Shown: positions 11,255 through 24,134 of the stretch, in pieces | How the letters are laid out: each line of letters opens with the position of its first letter | Position numbering within the stretch: the stretch's first letter is position 1 | Assembly (NCBI GenBank): GCA_002269645.1 | Contig: NIVC01001084.1 | Location: forward strand, 1 to 39,800 | Source: Macrostomum lignano | Taxonomy: Eukaryota | Reading direction: 5' to 3' | Length of the DNA stretch: 39,800 nucleotides | Made by a program: the position numbers and the translations under genes | Notes under the pieces: model-generated | Seen by the model: only the letters and a program-made list of their open reading frames with translations | Database searches by the model: none | Told to the model about the DNA's origin: nothing

Positions 11255-11830
11255 GAAGGGATCAGGTGAGTCATGCAAGGTTGCTAGAAGGGTCCTTGGG
11301 GTCATACATAAATGCTAGAAAGGATTATAAGGGTCATTGGGGTCATACACGAGTAATAGAAAAGTTACAAGGGTCATACACGGGTGCTAGAAGGGGTCAT
11401 GGGGTCATACAGGGTGCTAGAAGAAGTCATGGGGTCATACAGGGTGCTAGAAGAGGTCATGGGGTCATACAGGGTGCTAGAAGAGGTCATGGGGTCATAC
11501 AGGGTGCTAGAAAGGGTCGTGGGGTCATACACGGGTGCTAGAAGGGTCATTTGAGTCATACATGAGTGCTACCGTAGAATAGGTCATATTAAGGGTCATA
11601 CATGGGTGCTAGAAGGGGTCATGGGGTCATACAGGGTACTAAAAGGGTCATAAGGGTCATACCCGGGTGTTTGAAAGGGTCAGGGGAGTTATGCAAGGGT
11701 GACAGAAGGATACAGGAATCATACAGGGTGCTAAAAAGGTCATTGTGGCCATTCATGGGTGCTGAAAGGTTCATAAACGGGTGCTAGAATGAGATTAAGG
11801 TGTCACGTGTAGGTCAGGGGTGCTATACTG
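11255..11830. repeat. 30-bp minisatellite (GGGTGCTAGAAGGGGTCATGGGGTCATACA)
   Basis: Homogeneous core 11380-11540 with diverged flanks. Confidence 0.85.
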
Positions 11831-14194
11831 GGTCAGGGTGCATTTAATGGGGCTGCTTCGTGTTGTTGAGGCTTGCTATAGTCGCTCTCAGAGAATTAGA
11901 ATTAAAAGTCGCCTAATATTCAATTAAACTAACCAAACCTGCAATTAAATTAAACACCACTCGTATTTTTGAAGCTCGCAATAAGCTCAGGTTTAAATGC
12001 AGCAGACAGAGACCAAGACCTGACCCTCGAGCTTAAGCCTTGCTCTGAAAAATTGCACCATTTTAAGTGGCTTCTTCTTCATAAAATTTTGTTCTCTCAA
12101 TTAACTCAGGCCTGAGATGGCAGCGGGTGTGTGCTACAGGGCGACCATTATTCTGTAGTCTACGAAAAAAATTACGTAGAAAAAATTAAAGCTTTAGCCT
12201 CATCTAACAAGTGTGCCCCCACTCAGACTGTTTATGGCCTTGTAGGAGGGGGTTAAGCCTGGGGTCGCAAAAAATTGAGAATTGTCAAGGAGACCCACAA
12301 GCAGAGCATGGAGTTGCAGCTCTTCTCCAAACCCGCTTTTTAATTAGAGTTAGAGGCAAGGGGGCTGTGTGCACCCTCATGGCGCACTTTAAGCGACATT
12401 GTCACATAATTGGCGAGAGCCATTCCTGCCCATGCCGTACGCAGTCATACTTTATTTATCGTTAGGCGTGTACACTTCACTGTGCCTTGTCGTTGGCCTC
12501 CAAGTGCGTTAATTGCACAAGCAGACAGACCCCCGAGCTGCAGAGATTCCAATTCCAATTTAGATACCAATTTAGCTTCCAAATTAATGTGACTGCACTT
12601 AGAATTCAGCCTGTGCCGCTGGCACATCAGAGCGCCGCGTTAAGACCACTGCAGGCCACGGCCCCTCAAGATGATAAATCCACTTCCATCATTTTCAGAC
12701 AAATGTACACAGTACCCGTAAATAGACTGACTGAACTCATTCAAACACTTCTTCACCAAGAGGGGAAGTTTTCAGTTTAAATAATCTGCGTTAAAAGAAG
12801 AAGGTCCTTTGCTTGACTTTGCTCATCGGTTATTTAACTTGTTGCACTTTTATTGCGTAAAGTCCTAACAGTACCTTTTTCGGAACACCTATAGCGAGCC
12901 AAGTGTTGTCTGAAATTTATCGGATTTTCATGCGGAGTTTTGACTCCTTCCAGTTTCTGGGTCTTCGATCTCCTTGGGCCAATTTACACCGCGGCTGCAT
13001 GGGGAAGGGCATGCCGGGCCGGCTCGTAAACGCCATGGCAATAACAATTATGCCATCGGCTGCCCCATCCTCTGTCTTCTGTCTTTTTTCCTGTCCTCTT
13101 GTAACATAACTGGGGTAGCTATATTCTTGACAATAAAATATACTTACGAGCGTAAGGCTTCGGCCTCTAAGATGATATGACTGCTAGTTGTAAACATACT
13201 GAATATCCTATAGGCAATAGCGTACGCACCTTAGAGATACCTAAGATAGAAAGGTATATTTTGCAACATCAATTCAGTTAGTTCGGGACGCAGCTGCCGC
13301 GTCTTAATACAGGAACTGAAATGCAAGAAAATGCATAAAAAGTTGGGGAAATTGGTTCATGAAGTTTCCAATGGATTCGGCATATGCAGGAAGCCGATTC
13401 AATTTATTAGCCATTGTGATGCGTATAAGCCATAGGAAATTGCGTCGGCCATGGCGCACCTGCGGCTCCAGATGCGGCTATTCAAAAATGTACCAATATT
13501 GTCTTCGATGTCCACTGTTTACCTCATGCTGTCAAATAATCAAATATTCATTTAGACAAGACTATTTGGAGCAACTCATAACTACAACTGAACTTTGGTA
13601 AAACTGACGTCATGATACTTTGTTTTAACTAATTAACATCGATTCAAACAAAAACAGTCACGGCTTTGTGAAAAGACACTTTTTAAGTGAACTGACAATT
13701 GTTTCAGTAATAATTAAGCTTGTTTTACTGAACTGATACTTGAACTGAACAGTTGACTCAAACAAAAACAGATACTTGTTTTCGAGAATCGAATTCGCTT
13801 CAGGCAACATATGCACAGACAACTTATGTTTTTTTGTTTGTTTTTAGTGCACTTTATGGCTCGCACAATAAAACGAGTAAATTCGTAGTTTTCGTAGAAT
13901 TGGACCCATCTTGGAATTCGCGAGCATTCAATTCGAAGCTTTATTAGCTTCTTGCGCTGCATTTTAATTAAATTTATGGATTTATGATCGAATGGATTCA
14001 TAGCTATATTGCCTTATATAATTATTTCGCCTTGCACTAAACTGGTAGAATGATTTTACCCTTCTTATTGATTTATATCTACTTATACATGCACTTGCTA
14101 AAGCCTCATTATTAGTAGTAATTTTTTAAGTCTTAAAGTGCTTAGGGTTCAGCATACGATTTTTTTAATGTAGCCATGATGTTTGTAGGGTAGT

Positions 14195-14870
14195 CATGAG
14201 GTGTCTAGGGTAGCATTGTGTATCTATGGTAAGCCATGAGGTGTCTAGAGTAGCCATTGTAGCCATGAGGTGCCTATGGCAGCCATGGGGTGTCTATGGC
14301 AGCTATGAGGTGCCTATGGTAGCCATGGGGTGTCTATGGCAGCCATGAGGTGCCTATGGTAGCCATGGGGTGTCTATGGCAGCCATGAGGTGCCTATGGT
14401 AGCCATTGTGTGTATAGGGTAGCCATTGTGTGTCTAAGGCAGCCATGGGGTGTCTATGGCAGCCATGAGGTGCCTATAGCAGCCATGAGGTGCCTATGGT
14501 AGCCTTTTGTGTGTCTAGGGTAGCCATTGTGTGTTTATGGGAGCCATGAGATATCTAAGGTAGCCAGGAGGTGTCTATAGGGTAGCCATGAGGTGTCTAT
14601 GGCAGCCATGAAGTTCCCATGGTATAGCCATGGGGTGTCTAGGGTAGCCATGAGGTGTCTATGGCAGCCATGAAGTTCCCATGGTATAGCCATGGGGTGT
14701 CTAGGGTAGCCATGAGGTGTCTATGGTAGCCATTGTGTGTCTATGGTAGCCACTGTGTGTCTATGGTAGCCATGAGATGTCTATGGTAGCCATGAGGTGT
14801 CTACGGTAGCAATGGGATGTCTAGTGTAGCGTTGGGGTGTCTATATGGTAGTCATGAGGTGTCTAGGGTA
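14195..14870. repeat. 20-bp minisatellite (GGTAGCCATGAGGTGTCTAT)
   Basis: About 33 moderately diverged units. Confidence 0.92.
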
Positions 14871-16914
14871 ACCAGGTGGTACTTGGAATCCAGAATAAGA
14901 TGCTCATAAAGAGAATAATGTTGATTTAATTTATAATCGATTTCACGAATTATGATTAGTCAGAGCAAAAAAGAACACATGTACACGTATTAATTATAAT
15001 ATTCACTCAACAAAATATAGTCACCCCACCCAGGTGCAGCGACAGCCTGTCAACGTCGAGTTACAAAGCCGTTCCAAGCCAGGTCTGACTAAAATTGGCG
15101 AATCTTTGGACACAATAATCCTTATGATTTCCCAAATTTTTCAACTCGTCTTCATTGGGAAATTTTGTGTGTGTAGGTTTGGGATAACCATGAAGGGCTC
15201 ATTTTTACAGCTGATGCATGTAATTAAGCGTTTAAATAATAGCTTAATAGTTGTGCAATGTAAATTATTAGAAAAAGTCACAATTTTCAAAAATCAAAGC
15301 AATCAAAGTTTCAAAAATATAAGCGCAAAAACTTTTGAGATGACCTGATTGATTGATCAGAGAATTAAATTAGAGTAGATTGGTCGGTCTCAAACTTTGA
15401 TCATCGGTCTCATTGTGCCTCATAGTTTGCAGGATTAGTTCGGATAAATTTCGAACTTGTGTAACGCGGTGCAAAAATGAGTTTTAATGCCTCACGACAT
15501 GACCTCCCGTGTTTGTCAGTCATGGAGATTTTCGCGCAGAATCGGCGAGTATAGCTATCGTAAAATGTATAGCAAGATTTGTCTATCATTTGAAGATTCT
15601 ACAATCTGATAGACACTGCCACTCGCGAATTTTGCATGTTGATCGAAATATGATTATTCCTATTGATTGACAGATTTCAATTGCAAGTCGCAAAATTTTC
15701 TGTAAAAAATAGTTTAATCCTCTATTTCTTTACTCACTCTGTAAGTGACGTGCAGGTATTACTACTTAAGTCAGTAGGCTGTATCTATCTTTTTTGTTAC
15801 TATTATGGTGATGACTTTTGCGGTTGATTCAGGACCTCAGGCTTTAGTGCAATATGGGGGAATTTTTGGAGTCCATGAGCTAGATTTGCCCGCAATGCTC
15901 TTTACCTTGCATGACGCATTTTGTCCACTATATGCTTAGCATAAGTCTTCGCCGACATACCCCATATACTGCTGTACGAGCTACATACATATAGAAATGA
16001 AAACCTCTCCGACTGGAAAATGCCTACCTGGATCCACAACCCCCTCTGCATGGAAGAAATTTGATATGCAGTTATACTAACGGAACTTTTTGATTTCAAC
16101 GTTTTAAAACTTTTTTCAACTGTTTTCTAGAACATTCAAAACTATGCAAACATTCTTTTGTCTGGCATGACTTAAATGTTTTAACGTTTTTTTTTAATTT
16201 AAGAATTTATTTAAGAATTTAAGAATTATTGATCAGCCAGCTTTAGTTGACTACCCCCTACACACTCCTCACACCCCTGGCCCCAAAGTCAACGAGTCAA
16301 TAATTCACCTAATCAAGAAAAAGTGATTGATTGGCAAAACTAGCTCGTCAGGTATAATGTAGGCACAAATTTAGGCATAAGAAATGAGAATTAGTAAATT
16401 ATTTTTATTTGTTCAAGATTAAATTACATGTACATATATATATTTATGCTTTTAAACAATTGCGATGTAAATTAAAAAATTTCAATCAACCGAAAGTGAG
16501 AAAAATTCTGGATTCTCACCCTTTCAACGAAATACATGGTAGATGGAATAATATACGAACATGTATATAGGGCTAATTATAGAGGGAAGTTATTTAAATA
16601 ATGACTTAGCTTTTAGAAAATAATCAGAGCTACGATTATATGAGCAGCGATTCAGTTGATGCTTCAGTTTGCGCAATAAGCTTTGACAATAAGCCTAATA
16701 AATACGGATGAAGACTATTGTTGCAAACCATAGAGCTAGTTCCAGAGAGATAGCAGATGGGTCTATAACACGAACTCTCGCTGCATGGAAAACTATGACT
16801 ATAGGTACAATGAACGTCAGCAGGCTTCGGGACGTGCTGACACTAGCTGTAAATTGTTGAGCACGTTGAGCATGCCGACGAAGCCGACACGGCTCAAGAT
16901 GCGTTAAGACGCGC

Positions 16915-17165
16915 AAAGTGAAGCCGACATGGATTCAGAGACGTTTATAATTGGGACGCACTGCAGAGTGCAAAGACGACATGGATTCAGAGACGTTAAT
17001 TGGGACACGTTGAATGAAGCGGACATGGATTCAGTTCGAGACGTTAATTGGGGACACGCAGAGTGAAGACGACATGGATTCAGAGACGTGTTGGGACACG
17101 CAGATCAGTGAAGCCAACATGGATTCCATGATCAAGAGAGACGTTTAATTTGGGATGCGCAGAGT
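16915..17165. repeat. Degenerate ~45-bp tandem repeat (GACATGGATTCAGAGACGTTAATTGGGACAC core)
   Basis: Five units with indels; a related remnant (tggattcagagac) lies near 17406. Confidence 0.75.
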
Positions 17166-17246
17166 AAATTAGCGACACTACACGCACTCTGTATAGCTGT
17201 TAAAAGACGGAGGAAAGGGGAGAAAGGCTTACATGTACATGTATAT

Positions 17247-17256
17247 AGCCAATCAG
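17247..17256 (+). promoter_or_regulatory. CCAAT (NF-Y) box in a CpG-containing segment upstream of MYPT
   Basis: AGCCAATCAG about 850 bp upstream of ATG 18103, with an inverted near-copy (ctgatttggct) about 40 bp downstream. Confidence 0.35.
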
Positions 17257-18102
17257 TGCGCCGCGCATGAAGAGCAACGATACCGCGTGCGCTGATTTGG
17301 CTGGGGCAATTGAAAATGGAGCGCTGCAAAACCAGCCTGCAGAACTGCAGGCTAAGAGGATCGAGATCGACATCCACGGCAACCGAGTGCAAAAAATTAA
17401 TGGGTGGATTCAGAGACATGGTTACAATTCCCAAAAAATGCGCAAGCATCAGTACGTACATTATGGATCCGATCGAGCACATCATGTAAATTTTATGTTA
17501 ACCTTATATGGCATGGGTATAACACATGTGACACTCAACCGCAAAAAATTGTTTTAGTGTCTCGAACGCATTGTTGATTCGGTATTCGCGGCGCATTAGG
17601 TACGTATTTAATCGATGCTGATGTCTTATTAAGAGGAAAATTGTCGAAAAGATAACTAAGATTGCAATTTAAGTCTAAGTTAGTAGGATATGCTATATAT
17701 TTATTTAATAGTTTTTTTCCTTTATATAATTTCCTTTAAATAAGCAAATGTAAAGATACTGTAATAACGTATAGTTGTTTAAACTGTTGTGAAAACTGCA
17801 AGATAGTGCTAATTCAAACTACACAATTCGTTTCTTAGAAGTATAGTTTAACATTACAAGGAGGCACTCCTTGCTTGCTACTTGAACTTCCTTATTGAAA
17901 CATGTAGCTTCCTTAAAACTATAAAAAACTTATGAAAAGGAAATCTTAATTTTGTAATGTTGCTTCTCAGCATAGTCGTGGTATCAAAGAAAGTTACTCT
18001 TTCGTGATAGTGACTTCGTAAACAGCCAGTTGACTGTTGACTAGGCCTAATTAATATAGTACAGCAAAGAGTTTTATTCATAAGCAAGTTACGCCAAACG
18101 GC

Positions 18103-18360
18103 ATGGGTACCAGTGGAAATGGTACTACGACGCCTGTAAATAATCTGCATAAGAGAAGGGAACAGCTAACTGCATGGGAGACTTCTGAAGCCAACCAAGC
18201 ATCAGCAAGTGTAAAAAACCCAGAAAGAGTGAAGTTTAAACCAGAAGTTGCTTTTCTTGCTGCATGCAATGCAACTGATTATGATGAGATTTCGAGATTT
18301 CTAAAAGACAAGGTCGACATTAACACCAGTAACATTGATGGCCTGACAGCCTTGCACCAG
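18103..18360 (+). CDS. PPP1R12A: MYPT exon 1 (MyPhoNE-like motif, RVxF motif, first ankyrin repeat)
   Basis: MGTSGN...[13 protein letters not shown]...[15 protein letters not shown]...[10 protein letters not shown]; donor CAG|gtttgt at 18360/18361, phase 0; in-frame TAA upstream at 18052. Confidence 0.93.
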
Positions 18361-21300
18361 GTTTGTTTATTTGGAATAAATGTGATACATTTTAGGCAAT
18401 GTTTTATTTAGCTGTTAATAGTGAAATGGTCATTTTAATAACCCTTTAATCTACTTAATATTTTTTGTTTTAAAAAAAAATTATACTATTTTTGTTATTT
18501 ATAATTATAGGAGTAAATATGCTAGTTTATATAAATATTGCATGTTTGCTTATTCTTAATTTAACTTTAACTTGTATTGACTATTGAAATTATAAAACAT
18601 GCTTATTCAGTAGAATCTTTTTTGGATACTTATTTTCATACATTTTATTTTATTGACATGGTGAGTACATTCTAAGAAAATCCAAGAAAATTTAATATAT
18701 ATTGCAATCAAAAAGAATATTATAAAGAGAAAAAAATGAAATGACCATTTTATATTTTATATTGTTCTAATCTAATTAAAGTAAGTTAAAATAACATGGC
18801 ATTTTTTTAAAATAGTATGGGCTATATTATTTATCTATTATATATTTTTATTTTATGTTTCCAATCCTGTAGATTTATAATCAGTTGCTTAATAGTGTGC
18901 CTGAATAATATATATATTAATGTATTCTTGTTTTTTATCCAATGTATGTAGAGTCTATATTATATTTATAAGTTACTTAAATTGATATGCAATCTTAATA
19001 ATTGCCAAATTTTATCTGACTTCTAAAGAAAAGCAATTTATTTAGAAGTTAAAAATTTGATTGACTTCAATTGACTCTACTAAAGTAATTTTTTCTAATA
19101 TATAACAATTATAACAACTTTAACCTCAATTATATAATAATTTTTCCTGTATGAGGAACTTTTCATTTTTTTACCCAGTAAGTTAAAATGCTCCAATTGT
19201 GTTCCTTCCTATTTTAAGTCTATATTATCTATTAAAGAATGTTCAAAGCATAAAAAATCTATTAAATGATTATGTCACATGTGCATAAAAATATAATATA
19301 TAATTTTTATGCTAAAATAAATAGAATTGTTATTGAATTTGTTGAATCAAAATAGTACATTTGGATCATAAAATAATATTTTAATATTTTTGTAGGCTTT
19401 AATTTAATATTTTTGTAGCTCATTGATTGTATAAGTTAGGCTAAGTCAAATATTTGATAAAATATTTATTTTTTAAAACAAAAATGCTTTAGTTATGTAT
19501 TGTAAATCTTTTAGGTTTATCATATTACTTATGTATAATCATGGTATCAAATTTAGTGATTTTCTATCACAATTTATATTTATTATTTAGCTATGTTTTT
19601 AGATCCATCTATTTATAAGTTCAAGCAATTATTTAATAATGGAAAGTAACTAGGTAATTTCTAAAAAAAGAATTAATATATATCTTGATGGAAGGCCAAT
19701 AATAATATAATTTTAGTAAAATAGGTTTTTATTATAATGTTTAATTTTTAAATCTTATAAACTATGTATTATAAACAATTAACTAATTGTAAAATAGTAA
19801 ATAATAGCTTATCAAAGATTATATTTCTTACTTTTTTAATAGTAAACTAGAAATGAGTAAATTGGAAAGCTTTTTGATACAATGAAATAAGTAAAGTCTA
19901 GTAGATAAAAAGCTTTATTGCATGAAAAATTAGACTTACATTTTTTTTCTATTGTTTCTTTAATTAAAAATATACAAATAGTGATGCATATACTAATGCA
20001 AAATTATACTATATCTAAAATTTTAGGCATGCATTGACAATAAGTTGGATCTGATCAAGTTTTTAATTGAGCATGGAGCTGATATTCATGCTAGAGATAG
20101 TGAAGGTTGGACACCACTACATGCCACAGCACTGGGTGGCCATACGGAAGTGGCCAAGTACCTACTTCAAGAAGGTGCTAAGGTAAGACATAATTTAACT
20201 GATGAATTAGACGTCGATTGAATATGATTAGGAAAATCTTTAATTTTCTAATGACTCACAGAGTAACTTTGACCCAGGTCAAATGACTCATGCAGACGGT
20301 AACCTTGACCCAGATCAAATGACTCACGTAGACAGTAACCTTGACCCAGATCAAATGACTCACGTAGACAGTAACCTTGACCCAGATCAAATGACTCATG
20401 TAGACAGTAACCTTTGACCCAGATCAAATGACTCACGCAGACATTCACATTGACCCAGGTCAAATGGATCACGTAGACAGTAACATTGACCCAGATCAAA
20501 TGGCTCATGTAGACAATAACCTTGATCCAGATCAAATGACTCACGTAGACAGTAACCTTGACCCAGATCAAATAACTCACGTAGACAGTAACCTTGACCC
20601 AGATAAAATGACTCACGCAGACAGTCACATTGACCCAGGTCAAATGACTCACATAGACAATAACCTTGACCCAGATCAAATGACTCACGTAGACAGTAAC
20701 CTTGACCCAAATCAAATGACTTACACAGACAGTCACCTTGACCCAGATCAAATGACTTACGCAGACAGTCACCTTGACCCAGATCAAATGACTTACGCAG
20801 ACAGTCACCTTGACCCAGATCAAATGACTTACGCAGACAGTCACCTTGACCCAGATCAAATGACTCACGCAGACAGTCACCTTGACCCAGATAAAATGAC
20901 TCACGCAGACAGTCACATTGACCCAGGTCAAATGACTCACATAGACAATAACCTTGACCCAGATCAAATGACTCACGTAGACAGTAACCTTGACCCAAAT
21001 CAAATGACTTACACAGACAGTCACCTTGACCCAGATCAAATGACTTACGCAGACAGTCACCTTGACCCAGATCAAATGACTCACGCAGACAGTCACCTTG
21101 ACCTTGATCAAATGACTTACGCAGACAGTCACCTTGACCCAGATCAAATGACTCACGCAGACAGTCACCTTGACCCAGCAGATCAAATGACTCACGTAGA
21201 CAGTAACATTGACCCAGGTCAAATGACTCACGCAGACAGTCACCTTGACTCAGAACAAATGACTTACGCAGACAGTCACCTTGACCCAGATCAAATGACT

Positions 21301-24102
21301 TACGCGGACAGTCACATTGACCCAGATCAAATGACTTACGCAGACAATAACCTTGACCCATATCAAATGACTCACGCAGACAGTCACCTTGACCCAGATC
21401 AAATGACTTACGCAGACAATCACCTTGACCCAGATCAAATGACTCACGTAGACAGTCACCTTGACCCAGATCAAATGACTTACGCAGACAGTCACATTGA
21501 CCCAGATCAAATGACTCACGTAGACAGTCACCTTGACCCAGATCAAATGACTTACGCAGACAGTCACATTGACCCAGATCAAATGACTCACGCAGACAGT
21601 CACCTTGACCCAGAAGATCAAATGACTCACGCAGACAGTCACATTGACCCAGGTCAAATGGCTCATGTAGACAGTAACCTTGACCCAGATCAAATGACTC
21701 ACGCGGACAGTCACCTTGACCCAAATGAAGCTATAAAGCGCGATCCCCATCCCCAGGTGGGCATCGCCAACAATGACGGCGACCTACCCATAGACGTGGC
21801 AGAATCCTGGGATATGAAGCAGCTGCTGAAGGCGAGCATGGCCCTAATAGACGAGAACCGAGCCAGAAATGCGGAGGCGCTGGCTATGCAAAAAGACGCG
21901 CGCGCCTGGCTAAAAGAGGGCCGCTATCGTTGCGTACGCGATCCCAGATCGCACGCCTCCCCGCTGCACGTGGCCGCCGCTAAAGGCTACTCAATAGTGT
22001 TGAGCACTCTGCTGCAATGCCCCGGCGTTGATATTAACGATCGCGACTGCGACGGTTGGACTCCGTTGCACGCGGCCGCCCATTGGGGCCAAGAGGCCGC
22101 CTGCAAAGTGCTGGCATCCAATGGCGCGGACATGGCTGCGGTGACTCACGCGGTGAGAAGTTCTTGCTGGGCGTGTGGCCTCACGTGTATTTTTTCTTTT
22201 GTCTCAATTATTTCAATCTTCTCTGCGCAATACGCTATCCAATTAATTCCTTATCTTATCTCATCTGGCTGTCTACACCAGAATTTTATTTAAACATAAC
22301 ATTACAAAGACTGCCTAGATATTCATATCGAACTCTGTCACAATCTCAGACCTTCTGTAATTATCTCAGACCCTCTGTAATTATCTCAGACCCTCTGTAA
22401 TTATCTCAGACCCTCTGTAATTATCTCAGACCCTCTGTAATTATCTCGGACCCTCTATAATTATCTCAGACCCTCTGTAATTATCTCAAACCCTCTATAA
22501 TTATCTCAGACCCTCTATAATTATCTCGGACCCTCTGTAATTATCTCAGATTCTCTGTAATTATCTCAGACCCTCTATAATTATCTTAGACCCTCTATAA
22601 CTATCTCAGACCCTCAATCGATCTAAATTTAATGATTTGAAATGATTAGACCATGGGAAATTCAGGTCAAGTAAAAGTGTGCAAGGCATTTTTTTATTCT
22701 CCAAGTGTCTCACAAGCCTCTCCCTGTAAATATAAATCACTTTTATTAACCATTTCTCCGTTATCTACCAGCATTTCGGGGCTAGATATAGATATGCATA
22801 GGGGTGTATCTATTGTCAACCGGGGTTTTATTAGGCTAGGCGGTGCTGTAGAATTTTCTTGTTGTTCAGTTTCCTCGAACAGACCGTTAAGCTTTTCCCT
22901 TAAATTGTATTCTAACTCGCGGGCTATCCGGAATGCACGGTTTGGCGTGTCGTGCGTTTTTTGGGGGATTCGGGGTTGGGATTTGGGAAAGGTGGAACTA
23001 GAAGGTTCAGATGGTACACTGGACTTTGCTTTTGCGATGGCGGCCTTTCATGCTTTGTCCCGCCCCCCCCCTCCTGTCTTCCTCTCTGCCTCTCACTCTC
23101 TGTTCGGTCGGTCGATGCTTTTGTTGGTTTCAACGACAGCAGCTGCAGCAGCGCGTTTAAAGTGCAACAATAATCACCCCCCCCCAACTACCGTGGCTAA
23201 AGCTTGGCTCAGCTAAAATCTCGCTTTAACCCTGCGGCTGCATGTTTAGCCATGCCGCGACTCCGCCTCACACTGTCTTTCCGTCCGCCTCTCTTTGGAT
23301 CGTTGGAACTTGAATGCTAAAATGTATTGTTTAGTGTTAGTGTCTGTCTGTCTGTGTTAGTGCCTGCTATTGTCTGTGCTAGTTTCTGTCTGTGTCTGTT
23401 AATCTGTCTGTCTGTTAGTGTGTCTTTGTGTCTGTTAGTCTGTCTTAATGTCTGTCTGTTAGTGTCTGTTAGTGTGTCTTAGTGTCTGTCTGTCTGTGTT
23501 AGTGCCTGCTATTGTCTGTGCTAGTTTTTGTCTGTGTCTGTTAATCTGTCTGTCTGTTAGTGTGTCTTTGTGTCTGTTAGTCTGTCTTACTGTCTGTCTG
23601 TTAGTGTCTGTTAGTGTGTCTTTGTGTCTGTCTGTCTCTGTTAGTGCCTGCTATTGTCTGTGCTAGTTTCTGTCTGTGTCTGTTAATCTGTCTGTCTGTT
23701 AGTGTGTCTTTGTGTCTGTTAGTCTGTCTTAATGTCTGTCTGTTAGTGTCTGTTAGTGTGTCTTAGTGTCTGTCTGTCTGTGTTAGTGCCTGCTATTGTC
23801 TGTGCTAGTTTTTGTCTGTGTCTGTTAATCTGTCTGTCTGTTAGTGTGTCTTTGTGTCTGTTAGTCTGTCTTACTGTCTGTCTGTTAGTGTCTGTTAGTG
23901 TGTCTTTGTGTCTGTCTGTCTCTGTTAGTGCCTGCTATTGTCTGTGCTAGTTTCTGTCTGTGTCTGTTAATCTGTCTGTCTGTTAGTGTGTCTTTGTGTC
24001 TGTTAGTCTGTCTTACTGTCTGTCTGTTAGTGTCTGTTAGTGTGTCTTTGTGTCTGTCTGTCTGTGTTAGTGCCTGCTATTGTCTGTGCTAGCTTCTGTC
24101 TG

Positions 24103-24134
<32 letters not shown>

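Noticed and set aside
17267-17557. 96-aa ORF upstream of MYPT
   Set aside because: No recognisable homology or splice link to exon 1; it overlaps a promoter-like segment.
20248-21750. Minus-strand ORFs ([10 protein letters not shown] and [10 protein letters not shown] repeats)
   Set aside because: Antisense readings of the 36-bp array; no independent coding evidence.
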